This document shows positions 48,265 to 60,856 of a stretch of 64,000 nt of DNA, piece by piece (positions within the stretch are counted from its first letter, which is position 1; each line of letters begins with the position of its first letter). The position numbers and the translations under genes were made by a program. Where the stretch lies: contig NC_052170.1 of the NCBI RefSeq assembly GCF_902713615.1, positions 12,696,744 through 12,760,743 on the forward strand, written 5' to 3'. The notes beneath the pieces are model-generated. The model made no database searches. It saw nothing but the letters and a program-made list of their open reading frames with translations, and was not told the DNA's origin. The stretch comes from Scyliorhinus canicula. Taxonomy: Eukaryota.

Positions 48265-49200
48265 CAATCTCACCCAGGACTGTAAACCCATAGCCACTCG
48301 CAGCAGGCGGTACAGCCTGCAGGATAGGGTGTTCATCAGATCAGAGGTCCGAAGGCTTCTCAGTGAGGGGATCATAGAGGCCAGCAACAGCCCCTGGAGA
48401 GCTCAGGTGGTGGTCGTCAAGACCGGGGGGAAATTCTGCATGGTCGTAGACTATAGTCAGACCATTAAAAGTTTTAAGCTCCTCGATGCGTACCCCCTCC
48501 CCAGGATTGCAGACATGGTGAATCAGATCGCCCAGTATCGGCTCTTTTCCATGGTGGATCTGAAGTCTGCATACCACCAGCTCCCAATCCGCCTGGAGGA
48601 CCGCCACTACACGGCATTCGAGGCCGATGGCCGCCTCTTCCATTTCCTCCGGGTTCCCTTCAGCGTCACTAACGGGGTTTCGGTGTTCCAACGAGCAATG
48701 GACCGAATGGTGGACCAGTACAGGCTGCGGGCCACGTTTCCGTACTTGGATAACGTCACCATCTGCGGCTATGATCAGCAGGACCACGACGCCAACCTCT
48801 ACCGTTTTCTCCAGACGGCTCAGAAACTAAACCTCACATATAACAAGGAGAAATGCGTTTTCCGCACGACCAGACTAGCCATCCTCGGCTATGTCGTGGA
48901 AAACGGAGTCCTGGGTCCCGACCCGGACCGTATGCGGGAGAACTCCCTCTCCCTCATTGTCCCAAGGCCCTCAAACGGTGCTTAAGATTCTTTTTGTATT
49001 ACACCCAGTGGGTCACTCAATATGCGGACAAAGCCCGCCCACTCTTTAAGGCCACACTATTTCCCCTGTCAGCCGAGGCACGCCAGGCCTTCAACTGCAT
49101 CAAGGAGGACATCGCCAAAGCAGCCATGCGGGCGGTGGATGAATCCACCCCCTTTCAGGTTGAGAGCGACGCCTCAGAGGTAGCTCTTGCAACCACTGTT
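48265..49200 (+). mobile_element. Gypsy reverse transcriptase fragment
   Basis: SPWRAQVVVV, VDYS, YPLPRI, DLKSAYHQ, PF..TN, YLDN; frameshift near 48930; truncated in the RNase H-linker ESDAS. Confidence 0.92.
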
Positions 49201-50104
49201 CATATCTCAAAGCACGTGTCTAGTGAATTGATGGTCTCATTATGATGTGAAGGGCTTAATTTCCTCGACGAGGAACTATAGTGTTCAATGGTTGTTGGCA
49301 CCTTAACTAAAAGCTGTTTGCTTTCAGGCGTATTTGATTGGTTGCAAATAACCACAGTGCGACCTGTTGCCGTGAGAACAGTCTACATAATGTGGCCTGA
49401 CACTGTTCTGCCTTAGCCAATGGAGAGACACGGCTGCATACAACACTTCCCAGCATGTCTGGGCTTGTAGCCATGCAGCCTATTCATTGAGGCTAGTGTT
49501 TGGGAACCGCGTACTGTACTGAAGTCATACGGGACCTGAGAGCCACTCACAACAAACCATCCCATGCATATAGCAACTGTGTTCAAAGCCGTGTCTCGGA
49601 GTGGTGTGAGAAGTTGGAATTAAGTGCTTGTGGTATCTTACGTGGGCCTCTGTCCAGAGCGAGTTGGTTCGAATAGGTGTTGTAGTGAATGGGCAGATAA
49701 CGGCGCCATCAACCCGGTGCCGATTGTCTCAATGCATCTCACAGCCACGTACTGTCATTTTTCTTCCCATCAAACAACCATATTTCCTCCCCTCATTTCC
49801 TGAAGGCACTAACTCCTTCATTCATTTTTCAAGTCTCTCATCCCCAGATCATTATCAATTGTAATATGGGGCGGCACAGTGGTTGGCACTGCTCCCTTAC
49901 GGCGCCGAGGTCCCGGGTTCGATCCCGGCTCCGAGTCACTTGTCTGTGTGGAGTTTGCACATTCTTCCTGTGTCTGTGTGCGTCTGTGTATTGGCCACTC
50001 TAAGTTACCCCTTAATTGGTGTTTCTTTAAAAATCAAATTTAATACGATGGTCGTAAAATGAGAATCAAGAAAGCACAAAAACAGGTGGTTCGTGCAGGT
50101 GTTT

Positions 50105-50445
50105 AGGGGCAGCATGGAGGCACTGTAGTTAGCACTGCTGCCTCACAGTGCCAGGGACCTGGGTTCGATTCCAACATTGGGTGACTGTCTGTGTGGAGTT
50201 TGCACTTTCTCTCCTTGTCTGTGTGGGCTTCCTCCTGGTGCTCCAGTTTTCTCCCACAGATATTTCAAAGATTGCAGTTTAGGTGGATTCCCCCTGAGTG
50301 TCCAAAAATGGACAGGTTAGGTGGGGCTACAGGGATAGGGCAGAGGGAGTGGGCCTCGGTTGGGGTATCCTTTCAGAGGGCCGGTGCAGACTTGATGGGG
50401 GCGAACGGCCACCTTCTGCACTGTTGCAATCCTATGGGTTTTACC
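50105..50445 (+). mobile_element. HE1-like SINE (diverged)
   Basis: Head, V-domain, tail. Confidence 0.78.
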
Positions 50446-50599
50446 TCCATGCAAGCAATTGTCCTAATGTCCACCCTGACTCCTCGTTATCCCACTTCCC
50501 TTCAATTCCCTATCTAAGGCGGACAGTTCTTCCACAATGCATCAAACTCAATTCTGTTCTCATTTAACAGTTAGACTTGTGCTTCTCACTCGGGTGGTG

Positions 50600-52357
50600 A
50601 GGGGGGGGGGGGGGGGGGGGGGTATTAACGCCCTGGAGCCCTGGAGCCCGGGAGCAGAACCCCCCCCCAGGATGACTTTACCCCATCCGAATCCAAGGAC
50701 AACTCCCAGGAACATCGCAAACACCTGATTGAACGGAGGAATTTCCTGCTCTGTCTGACTCAGTGTTTTGCTAACTGCGTCATGTCCGGAATTCCCTGGA
50801 CATTGGGATTCTTTGCATCCCGGCCCGTGGGTTTCCCGGCGGCCTGGAGCCACTTCAATACGAAATCCCATTGACAAGCGGCGGGAGTAGAGAGCCCCGC
50901 CGCCAGCGAATGGCGCGCTGCAGAGAAACACGCGGGCGGGGGGATTGGAGAATCCCACCCACCTGTATGTGGCTGGGCTCAGGGCAGAGTTTGCTTGGTC
51001 AGACAGTCACGCAACACATCCTGTAATTTCACAAACACCCGGGCGGAATTCTGCAACCCGCCTGTGGTGGGCTTGATGGTGGGCGGGAGCGGAGAATCCA
51101 GTGGGAACTAAATGGTGGGAAACTCACCTACGTAAAATTATGTTGCAATTCTCCCAATGGTGGGTTGGTCACCCCGCTGGCGCATGGCACAAAAGCCATT
51201 TGCCTTCATTTACACCTTATGAATGCTGACTAAACGTGCCAGTGTCCCGGCAGCCTTCCAATTTTGCGTCACGCCAACAGGGAATCGTGTCAGCGTCAAA
51301 CCCAATTGCTGAAGAGGGCCGTGCACCAGGCGGTCCTCAGTTCACCAGAGGCTTTGAGGTGGAGTGTAACAAAATCTTTCTGCCAGAATGCTGCGCTGCT
51401 CCCGACTGTTCACCATGCCGGTTCCTGCTCTCCGTCTCCGTGCCCAGCCGGTCTTGATAGTCAGCACCGGGCTGCTGGACTCAAGCACCCTCCTGTGTCA
51501 CTGTCTCCATGCAGTACTGCACCTGGGGTTCCCTGGTGCCACGCACCAGTGTTGACGGGGACAGCATTGTGTCGCGGGCGGGACACAGGCCAGCACCGCA
51601 ACAACGTCTCAATTTCGACCGGAGGTGGAGTACAAGGTGAGGAGGGAGATGGGAGGGGAGGGGGGGGGGCAGGGTGGGGATGGGGGTGGGGGGAGTGGGG
51701 CGATTCTGGTGGTGGCCTGACAAAGACAAGGGGGAGGACAATATGGAAGGAGGGCTGTACAAGGAGGGGGAGGGGTAGGGTGGGTGCTCACGATGGCGCA
51801 CAGAATGGCAAGGGTGAAGGATGAAGAAGATGAACAATGGAAGGAGGGGGAAGACTGAGGGCAGGGAAGCTGGACCTTGATCAGGCGCATGAAAAGCTCA
51901 CAGACAAGGGGGTCAAATGGAAGCCACGGATGGAACGGGATGGGTGAAGGCGCCAGAGGCGTTGGATTGAGGTCCAAATGGGGCATGGGCACCTCGCAGG
52001 TGATGGGCTCGAGAGGGGGGGGGGGGGGGGGGGGGGGTTGTTGAATCAACGATCAGATTTCTTCACGAGGCTGATCGCCTTTTCCCTCTGGGCTGCTGGC
52101 ATGCTGCTGCCGGCCTGGAGAGGGTGCAGGGCTGGTATTCCATTTTGGCATCGAGACCTTCGAACCCGCCAGTTGGCAGTGGGTGGATGAATCAGCTGCT
52201 GACCCACCAAGTGACTGGGAGGGGAATGCGCCTGTGCTTGATGAATGAGCTTCCAAGCACAGAATCTGGCGCAGGACCCTGCCGCTGTAGCCAGCGGCAA
52301 AGGTTCCACCACAGCCTCCCGCCACGGCACGGTCTCAAAATGAGAGAATTCCAACCC
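50600..52357. mobile_element. Cluster of degenerate Harbinger-like elements
   Basis: TIR-like ends GGAGAATCCCACCC (50960), GGGCGGAATTCT (51041), AGAATTCCAACCC (52357); faint Myb/SANT-like remnant on the minus strand ~52050-52300. Confidence 0.4.
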
Positions 52358-52844
52358 GAGGATAAAGAATGAATCTGGAATAGCCAAAACTGATTCTATT
52401 TTCAAACCATTTACCCATCGAAAAATAAATTGGGGAGCAAACTCAAGGCAGCAACAACTGGGCAAAGTGTGCAGGAAGAAAATGACATCAAATTCATCAA
52501 GTATATTTTGTCTAGACGACCTACAGTTTGCCACAGGAACCTCGCGTCCTGCCTTCCGTCTGTCTGTGTTACATCATCCATTAGTCAATGTGATCGGCCT
52601 CCGTTAGCGTTGCCACTTCCTGTTGGACATCTCCCTGGACATTTCACCCTTGACCATCTACCTCCAACCTGTTGGCCCAGTCCAATAGGATATTATTTCC
52701 CCATCTCCGATGGTTAATGAACGTGTTCAAAGAAAATGAAACAAATACAGTTTCTTCGTTTTGAGTGCGCTCCCTCTGATTTTACTCCCCAGGTTGCTCA
52801 GGTTAATTCTCATTCCTGGGGGTCCCAAGACAATAAATTAACTC

Positions 52845-53170
52845 AGGGCGGCACGCCAGCACAGTGATTAGCACTGTTGCTTCACAGCGCCAGGGACCTG
52901 GGTTCGATGCTGGGTTGGGTCACTGTCTGTGTGGAGTTTGAACTTCCTCCCCATGTCTGCGTGGGTTTCCTCCGGGAGCTCCGGTTTCCTCCCACAGTCC
53001 ACAGATGGTCAAGTTGGGTGGATTGGCCATGGTAAATTGCCCTTAGTGTCCAAAAAGGCTGTGTGGGGTTACTGGGGATAGGGTGGAGGTATGGGCCTAA
53101 GTAGGGTTCTCTTTCCAGGGACCAGTACAGATTCGATGGGCCGAATGGCCTTCTGCACTGTAAATTCTAT
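52845..53170 (+). mobile_element. HE1-like SINE
   Basis: Head, V-domain, tail. Confidence 0.82.
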
Positions 53171-53174
53171 GAAA

Positions 53175-54165
53175 TGGAATTGCAATGCAAGCAAACACGA
53201 GGACATCCACTTTGGACCTAAGTATGAACGAACAGGGTAAAATGGTGAAAGTCAATGGAGATCCAAAGACACCTGGGGGTCCAGCATCGCAGATCATTAA
53301 AATGCCATGAACAGGTAACAGAAAACAATTTGACAAGGCTAATGGAATGCTGGTCTTTATTTCTTGAGGAAGAGAATACAAGGGGGAACGGAGATGCAGC
53401 TTCAGCTACACAATGCCCTGGTTAAACCATACCTGGAATCCTGAGAGCAGTTCTGGGCACCCTACCTCAGAAAGGATATGTTGACCGTTGAGGACATACT
53501 GTGTGGATTTACGAGAATGATGCCTGAACGCTGAATTATAAGGAGAGATGACACAAAATAGGGTTACGTTCCCTGCCATTTGGTTGGTTGAGGGGCGATT
53601 TGTTTGAGGTTCTCACGGTCTTATAGGGAACAGGGAGGGTCGACAGAGGAACTCTTTCCATTGGGAGTCTAGGATTCAGGGGCACTGTATAAAAGTTAGA
53701 GCCAGGAGTGAAATTAGGAAATATTTTTTCACAGAGTGGTAGAAATTTGAAACTCAAGCCATGGTTTTCTTTTTAAATTTTAGAGTACCCAATTATTTTT
53801 TCCAATTAAGGGGCAATTTAGCGTGGCCAATCTACCTACCCTGCACATCTTTGGGTTGTGGGGGTGAAACCCACGCAGACACACAGGGGAGAATGTGCAA
53901 ACTCCACACGGACAGTGACCCGGGGCCGGGATTCGAACCCGGGTCCTCAGCGCCGTAGGCAGCAATGCTAACCACTGTGCCACCCTGCTGTCCCCATGGT
54001 TACTCTTAAAACTGAGTTTGAGAGGATTTTATTCAGGGATACTGGGTAAAGTTTAGAGGTCGATCACAGATGAGCCACAATCTCATTGATCGGCGGAATA
54101 GGCTCAGGGAGGGTGGGAGTGTGGTGGTTGTGGTGGTCTGGGCCTAAATGGCCTCCCCCTGCTTT
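53175..54165 (+). mobile_element. Degenerate CR1 3' fragment (SINE inserted at 53765)
   Basis: LYNALVKPYLE..QFWAP remnant and a CR1 tail. Confidence 0.7.
53765..53992 (-). mobile_element. Short A-tailed SINE
   Basis: Flanks share CCATGGTT. Confidence 0.85.
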
Positions 54166-54347
54166 TCCTCAATCCATTCACGGGATGTGGGCATCTCTGG
54201 CTGGGCCAGCGTTTATTCTCCTTCAGTTTCTCGGCATTGAAGAGTCAACCACGTTCCTGTGGCTCTGGAGTCACATTTAGGCGAAGATGGCAGATTTTAT
54301 TCTTCCCGAAAGGTGGATAGTTCGACAACGATTGACAATGGTTTCAT

Positions 54348-54353
54348 TTTATT
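54348..54353 (-). terminator. Candidate poly(A) signal for the Tctex-1 gene (repeat-derived AATAAA)
   Basis: First minus-strand AATAAA I found downstream of the stop, ~315 nt away; lies in a repeat tail. Confidence 0.3.
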
Positions 54354-54667
54354 GAATTCAAATTTTGCCATCTGCCGTGATGGGATTGGAAATCCTGGTC
54401 CCTGAGCATTTCCCTGGATTACTAGTCGAGTTGTGAGTTTGCACGTTCTCCCCGTGTCTGCGTGGGTTTCCTCCGGGTGCTCCGGTTTCCCCTCACAGTC
54501 CAAAGATGTGTAGGTTAGGTGGGGTCATGGGGTTATGGGGATAGGGTGGGGAAGGGTAGGCTCTTTCAGAGGGTTTGGTGCAGAGTCGATGGGCTGAATG
54601 GCTTCCTTCTGCACTGTTGGAAGTCTATGGTCCTCTGGTGATTTAACCCTATAAGCCCGAGAGCTGC

Positions 54668-55015
54668 TCATTCGCAGTACACAGCAAAGATGCTGGCCAC
54701 ACAGAACATGGCACCGCTCTCGTAAGAGTGTGAAACAAAGGTGTCTGCGTGGGAGTCCCAGAGGGCGCGGCTGGCCAGCAGAGCATTCGCGTTGTTCGCC
54801 TGGCCCACTGTCACAATGCACACCAGCTTGTACCTGGCCGGCAGCGTCCCCTTCACAAACTCCTTAATTTCGTCGCTCATCTCTTTCGAGAGCCGGCTGG
54901 CGAAGGCCGGGTTGTAACTGAGAGCTCGCAGTTTGTCAGGCAAATATTTCTCCAGGAATCCCTGGGCGTGCAGGGTGAGGAACTTCTGAGGGGGCTTCGA
55001 GGAAAATGCTGGGAC
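54668..55015 (-). CDS. Tctex-1 domain dynein light chain (DYNLT4/DYNLT5-like), last coding exon
   Basis: Minus-strand acceptor ttgcttccccacttccag, phase 0; protein has RYKLVCIVTVGQ, SRALWD, FCVASIFAVYCE*, typical of Tctex-1 domains. Confidence 0.9.
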   Translation of the reverse strand, partial: VPAFSSKPPQKFLTLHAQGFLEKYLPDKLRALSYNPAFASRLSKEMSDEIKEFVKGTLPARYKLVCIVTVGQANNANALLASRALWDSHADTFVSHSYESGAMFCVASIFAVYCE

Positions 55016-55266
55016 CTGGAAGTGGGGAAGCAAGGCCAACTGATTACATCCTGTCGCACGGAGACAATTCCACAATCTGTCACATTAATATTTGATTTTG
55101 ATTTGATTTATTATTGTCACATGTATTAGTATACAGTGAAAAGTATTGTTTCTTGCATGCTGTACAGACAATGCCTACCGTACATAGGGAAGGAAGGAGA
55201 GACTGCAGAATGTAATGTTACAGTCATAGCTAGGGTGTAGAGAAAAGATCAACTTAATATGAGGTA

Positions 55267-55490
55267 AGGGCAGCACGGTGGCCTAGTGGTTAGCACAACC
55301 GCCTCACGGCGCTGAGGTCCCAGGTTCGATCCCGGCTCTGGGTCACTGTCCGTGTGGAGTTTGCACATTCTCCCCGTGTTTGCGTGGGTTTCGCCCCCAC
55401 AACCCAGAAATGTGCAGAGTAGGTGGATTGGACACGCTAAATTGCCCCTTAATTGGAAAAAATAATTGGGTAATCTAAATTTTAAAAAAA
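55267..55490 (+). mobile_element. Short A-tailed SINE with 16-bp TSD
   Basis: AACTTAATATGAGGTA (55251-55266 / 55491-55506). Confidence 0.93.
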
Positions 55491-55509
55491 AACTTAATAT
55501 GAGGTAGCA

Positions 55510-55860
55510 TGATGTGGAGATGCTGGCATTGGACTGGGGTGAGCACAGTAAGAAGTCTTACAGCACCAGGTTAAAGTCCAACAGGTTTGTTTCAAATCGC
55601 TAGCTTTCGGAGCGCAGCTCCTTCCTCAGGTGAATGAAGAGGTAGATTCCAGAAACATTTATATAGACAAGGTCAAAGATGTAAGATGATACTTTGAATG
55701 CGAGCATTTGTAGGTAATTAAATCTTTACAGAGCCTTAACCCCAGGTTAAAGAGGTGTGAATTGTCTCAAGCCAGGACAGTTGGTAGGATTCTGCAAGCC
55801 CAGGCCAGATGGTGGGGGGGGGGGGGGGGGGGGGGGGGTGAATGTAATGGTTTAACATGT
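55510..55860. mobile_element. Penelope-like terminal fragment
   Basis: AAGAAGTCTTACAGCACCAGGTTAAAGTCCAACAGG...TTTCGGAGC...TCCTTCCTCAGGTGA; reverse-complement relative at ~47845-47985; class assignment from memory. Confidence 0.45.
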
Positions 55861-55884
55861 CATCTGACAGACGGCATCTTTAGC

Positions 55885-56200
55885 GGGCGCCGCAGTGGCA
55901 CAGTGGTTAGCGCTGCTGCCGCACAGCCTCCAGGGACCCGAGTTCAATTCTGCCCTTGGGTGACTGTCTGGAGTTCGCACGTTCTCCCCGCGTCTGCGTG
56001 GATTTCCTCTGGGCGAACGGTTTCCTACCACAGTCCAAAGATGTGCAGGTTAGCTGGACTGGCCGTGATAAATTGTCCAAAAGGTTAGATAGGGTTACTG
56101 GGTTAGGGTGGAGGCATGGGCTTAAGTAGGGTGCCCTTTCCAAGGGCCGGTGCAGATTTGAAGGGCCGAATAGCCTCCTTTTGCATTGTAAATTCTATGA
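55885..56200 (+). mobile_element. HE1-like SINE (diverged)
   Basis: Head, V-domain, tail. Confidence 0.78.
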
Positions 56201-56809
56201 ATCCAGAAGTGTCGCACTCCTTCAGTCCTGCAGGGGAGCATCAGCCTTGAATTTTGCGCTCACGTTCATGTGTGGGATTTGAACCCAAAATCTAGTAAAT
56301 CAGAGGTAGGTGTGCCACCCATTGAGCTAAAGCTGAAAATCGGGTATTGAGGAAAAAGGTGGGTGAAAAGAGGAGCCAGAGGAAGTGACTACTACTTAGA
56401 AGAGCGGGTTATGTTAAAGCACCTTGGACTACAACATCATCCTTTTGGCTAAGATTGAGCTCGAGATCAGGTGTAATGCCTGACCCTGGCAGCTTGGATC
56501 CAGGCCGTCTCTCCTGTGGGGCCCATGAATTGGATTCAATTTTAATTTGAATTTAGGGCGGCATGCGGCGCAGTGGTTAGCACTGAGACTGCGGCGCTGA
56601 GGACCCGGGTTCGAATCCCGGCTCTGGGACACTGTCCGTGTGGAGTTTGCACATTCTCCCCGTGTCTGCGTGGATTTCGCCCCCACAACCCGAAGATGTG
56701 CAGGGTAGGTGGATTGGCCACGTTAAATTGCAATCAGAGGGAGGGGCAGAGTACACAAACCCAAGAGTGGGGCAGCAGATACGGCTGGAAGTTGCACAAA
56801 ACAGTGGAA

Positions 56810-57575
56810 CTGAAGGTTCCATATCTGAATACATTCACAACAAAATAGATGAACTGACAACACATTAGAAATAGGTATGTATGATCTGATAGACATTACA
56901 CATACATAGCTACAGGTTGACAAAGACTGGGACCTGAACATTCAAGGGCACAAGACATGTAGATGGACAGGAAGCTCAGAAAAGGTGGGTGGGTGGGTGG
57001 GGGGGTGGTTGCTCCGTTAATTAAGGATCGCTTTGGCACAATGGAAAGATGACCTTAGTTCTGGAGAATCAAGATGTTGGATCAGTCTGGGCGGAGATAA
57101 GAAATAATACAGGTAAGAAATCAGTTGTGGGAGTGGTTTATTGGCCCCCGAATAGTAACCACGCTGTAGGATGAAAGAATACTGAGAAAACTATTAGAAC
57201 TGAAAGCTGACAAGTACCAGGTCCTGATGGGCTTCATCCTGGGAGCTTAAACAAAGTGGCTGTTGAAATAGAACTTGCATTGGTTTAAATTTCCAAAAAT
57301 CCCTAGATTCCGGAAAGGTCGTATCATATTGGAAAATAGCGAAAGCCACTCCCCAATTCAAGGAAGGAAGGATACCGGAAACAGGAAACTACAGGCTTAA
57401 CATCTGCCGTAGGGAAATTGCTGGAATCTATTATTAAGGAGGTCATAGCGGGGCACTTGGAAAATCTTGATGCGATCGAGCAGAGTCAACACGGTTTTTT
57501 GGAAAGGAAATCACGTTGGACTAATTCAGTGTAGTTCTTTGAAGAATTAACAAGCAACCTTAAAGGGAAATCGTA
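56810..57575 (+). mobile_element. Degenerate CR1 endonuclease and RT-start fragment
   Basis: ESVWAEIRN..G.K..VGVVY.PPNS and PGPDGLHP remnants. Confidence 0.7.
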
Positions 57576-58642
57576 GATTTCCGGAGCGTAATTGACAATC
57601 TGCCACATCATTAGTAACAACACGGGGAGCGGCTGCGTTTTCGCGACCTCTGGCTCTCCTCATCTTTTACCCATCTTTTCATCCCGGTGCACATTTCTTT
57701 TCCTGGTTTGCTTGGCTTGTGCTATGTTCGAGAAGTGTTTGACTGGTGTATCTGCGTGAATGAGTTGAGGTGGAATGTTTAAATCCTTGTTTATTTCTGG
57801 TGGCAGGAGTGGATTGGGAGGGGTACCCGCTTTCAGTGGCACAGATGCCATTGAGCGGGCCCCCACCCTGACAGTGCTGGGGGCATCAAAAGACGATGGC
57901 GGCCAACGAAGATGTTGTTCCGGCTGAAAATCTCGGCTTTACGATGCAGGATGTCAAGGCTCAATTCTAAGGGTCGCGGGATGTTTTTATGGAGGCCCGT
58001 GAGGAGGTTTGTGCATTAGTTTGTGCCCCTTGGCGGAACCCTCCTCTCTAATGTTGAGATCCTGCTGCATGGCTTGTCATTCATCCTGACAGATTCGGGA
58101 GAGAGGGGGGGATCCGCGATAGGCCTACCATTGAGCCTGGTCCTCAAGGTGAGATGGTGGAGGAGTTCCTGATTGCGTTCGAGAATTGGGTGACATGTTT
58201 CGGGGAACCTTGATATGGGGGCTGGGCGTTTGGATTCGAAGGAGCACATCTAATTCTGTCTTCGAGATCCGTGAGGGTTTGACCTTCTGGTCCTGTTCCT
58301 GATGCTAATCATGAGGGGTTAGGGTTGGCCGAATTGGTCGAGCCATCTCTCCATGTTGGATCCCAGGTTGGGGACTGCCTGGGCTCTGGTGAGATGGAAT
58401 GGTGGCAGTAATGGTATATTGTGCTTCGATTGTTGGAATCCTTGAGAAATCCTGAAGAATGCTCGCCGATCCTGCTTTATCCTTGATCTTTGCTCTGTCC
58501 ATGAAGAAGTCTTTACCCTGTGGATTTCCACAGCGATTGGTGCTTTGGCCTGAATTATTTACAATTACATCAATGATTTGAATGCAGGGGAGGTGGTGGC
58601 ATCGTGGTACTGTTACTGGACTAGTACTCCCGAGTAGGTAAG

Positions 58643-59110
58643 GGGCCGGTTTAGCTCAGTTGGCTGGACAACTGGTGCGCGATGCAGAGCGAGGCCAACA
58701 GCGTGGGTTCAATTCCCGTACTGGCTGAGGATATTCATGAAGGCCCTGCCTTCTCAACCTCGCCCCTGGCCTGAGGTGTGGTGATCGTTAGGTTAAATCA
58801 CCACCTGTCAAGGGCAGCACAGTGGCGCAGTGGTTAGCACTGCTGCCTCACGGTGCCGAGGACCCGGCTTCGATCCCGGCCCCTGGTCACTGTCCGTGTG
58901 GATTTTGCACATTCTTCCCGTGCCCCCGTGGGTGTCACCCCAAAGATGTGCAGGGTAGATTAATTGGCCACGCTAAATTGCCCCTTAATTGGAAAAAAAA
59001 GAATTGGGTACGCCAAACTTATTGTTTTTAAATCACCACCAGTCAGCTCTCCCACTCAAAGGGGAAAGCAGTCTATGATCATCTGGGACTATGGCGACTT
59101 TACTTTACTT
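58643..59110 (+). mobile_element. Third tRNA-head SINE family ((CTTTA)n tail), interrupted by a short SINE
   Basis: Head GGTTTAGCTCAGTTGG..GGTTCAATTCCCGT; body CTGAGGTGTGGTGA..GGTTAAATCACCACC; relative on - at ~10830-11003. Confidence 0.7.
58811..59027 (+). mobile_element. Short SINE with 18-bp TSD inserted in another SINE
   Basis: TTAAATCACCACC(T/A)GTCA on both sides. Confidence 0.88.
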
Positions 59111-59234
59111 TAGTAATCTGGAGAACAATGCTTTGAGAACGCAGGCTCAAATCCAACCATTGCAGATGGTGAAATTTGAATTCAATAAAAATCTGGAATT
59201 AAAAGTCTAATGATGACCATGACACCATCGTTGT

Positions 59235-59565
59235 AAGGGCAGCATGTTGGCACGGTGGTTAGCAATACTGCCTCACAGTGCCAGGGTCTCAGGCTCGATT
59301 CTGGCCTTGGGTGACTGTGTGGAGTTTGCACATTCTCCCTGTTGTGTGCATGAGTTTCCTCCGGGTGCTCCGGTTTTCTCCCATGGTCCAAAGATTTGCA
59401 GGTTAGGTGGTTTGGCCGCGCTAAATTTTCCCGTAGTGTCCAAAGATGTGCAGGTGTGGTGGGGTTACGGGGATAGGGCAAGGGAGTGTAGGGTGTCCTT
59501 TCGGAGTGTCGGTGCAGACCCGATGGGCCGAATGGCCTCCTTCTGCACTGTAGGAATTCTATGGG
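59235..59565 (+). mobile_element. HE1-like SINE
   Basis: Head, V-domain, tail. Confidence 0.82.
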
Positions 59566-59569
59566 ATTT

Positions 59570-60500
59570 TAAGGGGCCAAATGTATGGTTGCTAAATTTA
59601 GTAGTGGGAAAGTAAGTTTTGAAAATACCATAAGGGTTCTTCAAAGGGATATAGATAGGTTTAGGGAAGGGGTCAAAGATGCGACAGATGGAGGATAATG
59701 TGGGAAAATGTCAACATGTCTTCTTTGGCATGAATAATAGAAAAGCAGAAAATTACTGAAATAAAGAGAGAGAGACTGTGGAACTCTGAGGTGCAGAGGG
59801 GTCTGGGTGTCTTGGTACATGAATCAGGAAAAGTTAGTACGCAGATGCAGCAAGTGATTCGGAAGGCAAATGAGATGTTGTTGTGTAATGCATGGGGAAT
59901 GGAATATAAAGATAAGGATGTTTTGCTGTAGTTGTATAGGGTGTTGGTGAGACCATACGTGGAGTATTGTGTACTGTTTGGTGTCCTTATTTAAGACAAG
60001 AAATAAATGCAGTAGAACAGGACAGAGAAGGTTCATTTGACTGATACCTGGGTGGGGGTGGGGGTGACGCTATCTTCCGAGAACAGGCTGGGCCTACATC
60101 CATTGGAGTTGAGAAGATTGAGACGTGATCTCATTGAAACATATAAGAGCCTGAGAGGGCTTGACAGGGTGGGTGCTTAGAGGATGTTTCGCCTTGTGGG
60201 AGAGACTAGAACTAAAGGACACATTTTTAAATTCAGGGGTCTATATTTAAAATGGGGCTGAAGAGAATTATTTTTCTCTCCGAGGGCTGTGTACCTTTGA
60301 AATTCGTCCCCAGAGAGCGGTGGAGGTGGCCAATGAATATTTAAAACACCAGTTGACAATACAAATATTTTATTCCTAACAGGGGAGTCAAAGGTCATCG
60401 GGGGAATGTGGGGTTAAGGCCACAATCAGATCAGATCAGATTGAATGGTGGAGCAGACTCAAGGGGCTGAATGGCCGACTCCTGTTCCTGATTCATATGT
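59570..60500 (+). mobile_element. CR1 RT C-terminal and 3' fragment
   Basis: QVIRKANEML..., LYRVLVRPYVEYCVLFG.P remnants; CR1 tail. Confidence 0.8.
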
Positions 60501-60673
60501 TTGTTTGGGGTCATGAAAGGCGCTGTGTAAATCCCCTGCTTTCTCTCTTTTCAAAGAGCAACAGGAATGAATTCACACCCATGCTGCTCAGCATGAGAAT
60601 CGAATGTGGTGCCTGCTTTGCTGTTGTCATATGGAGGCTTGGAACCTCCCTGGGGGAACCTCCCTCCCTCACT

Positions 60674-60856
60674 GGGGCTGGTTTAGCACACTGGGCTAAA
60701 TCGCTGGCTTTGAAAGCAGACCAAGGCAGGCCAGCAGCACGGTTCAATTCCCGTACCAGCCTCCCCGAACAGGCGCCGGAATGTGCCGACTAGGGGCTTT
60801 TCACAGTAACTTAATTGAAGCCTACTCGTGACAATAAGTAATTTTCATTTCATTTC
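60674..60856 (+). mobile_element. Second tRNA-head SINE family (~180 bp, (CATTT)n tail)
   Basis: Head GGGCTGGTTTAGCACA..GGTTCAATTCC; further copies on - at ~3020-3188, 10222-10395, 23420-23598 and 44281-44450. Confidence 0.8.

Noticed and set aside
57580-58540. Coding-like minus-strand segments (TRNKQGFKHST, LHRKAEIFSRNN)
   Set aside because: Fragmented by stops and frameshifts and embedded among CR1 pieces; probably an old retroelement I cannot classify. A Dfam/BLASTX search would decide.
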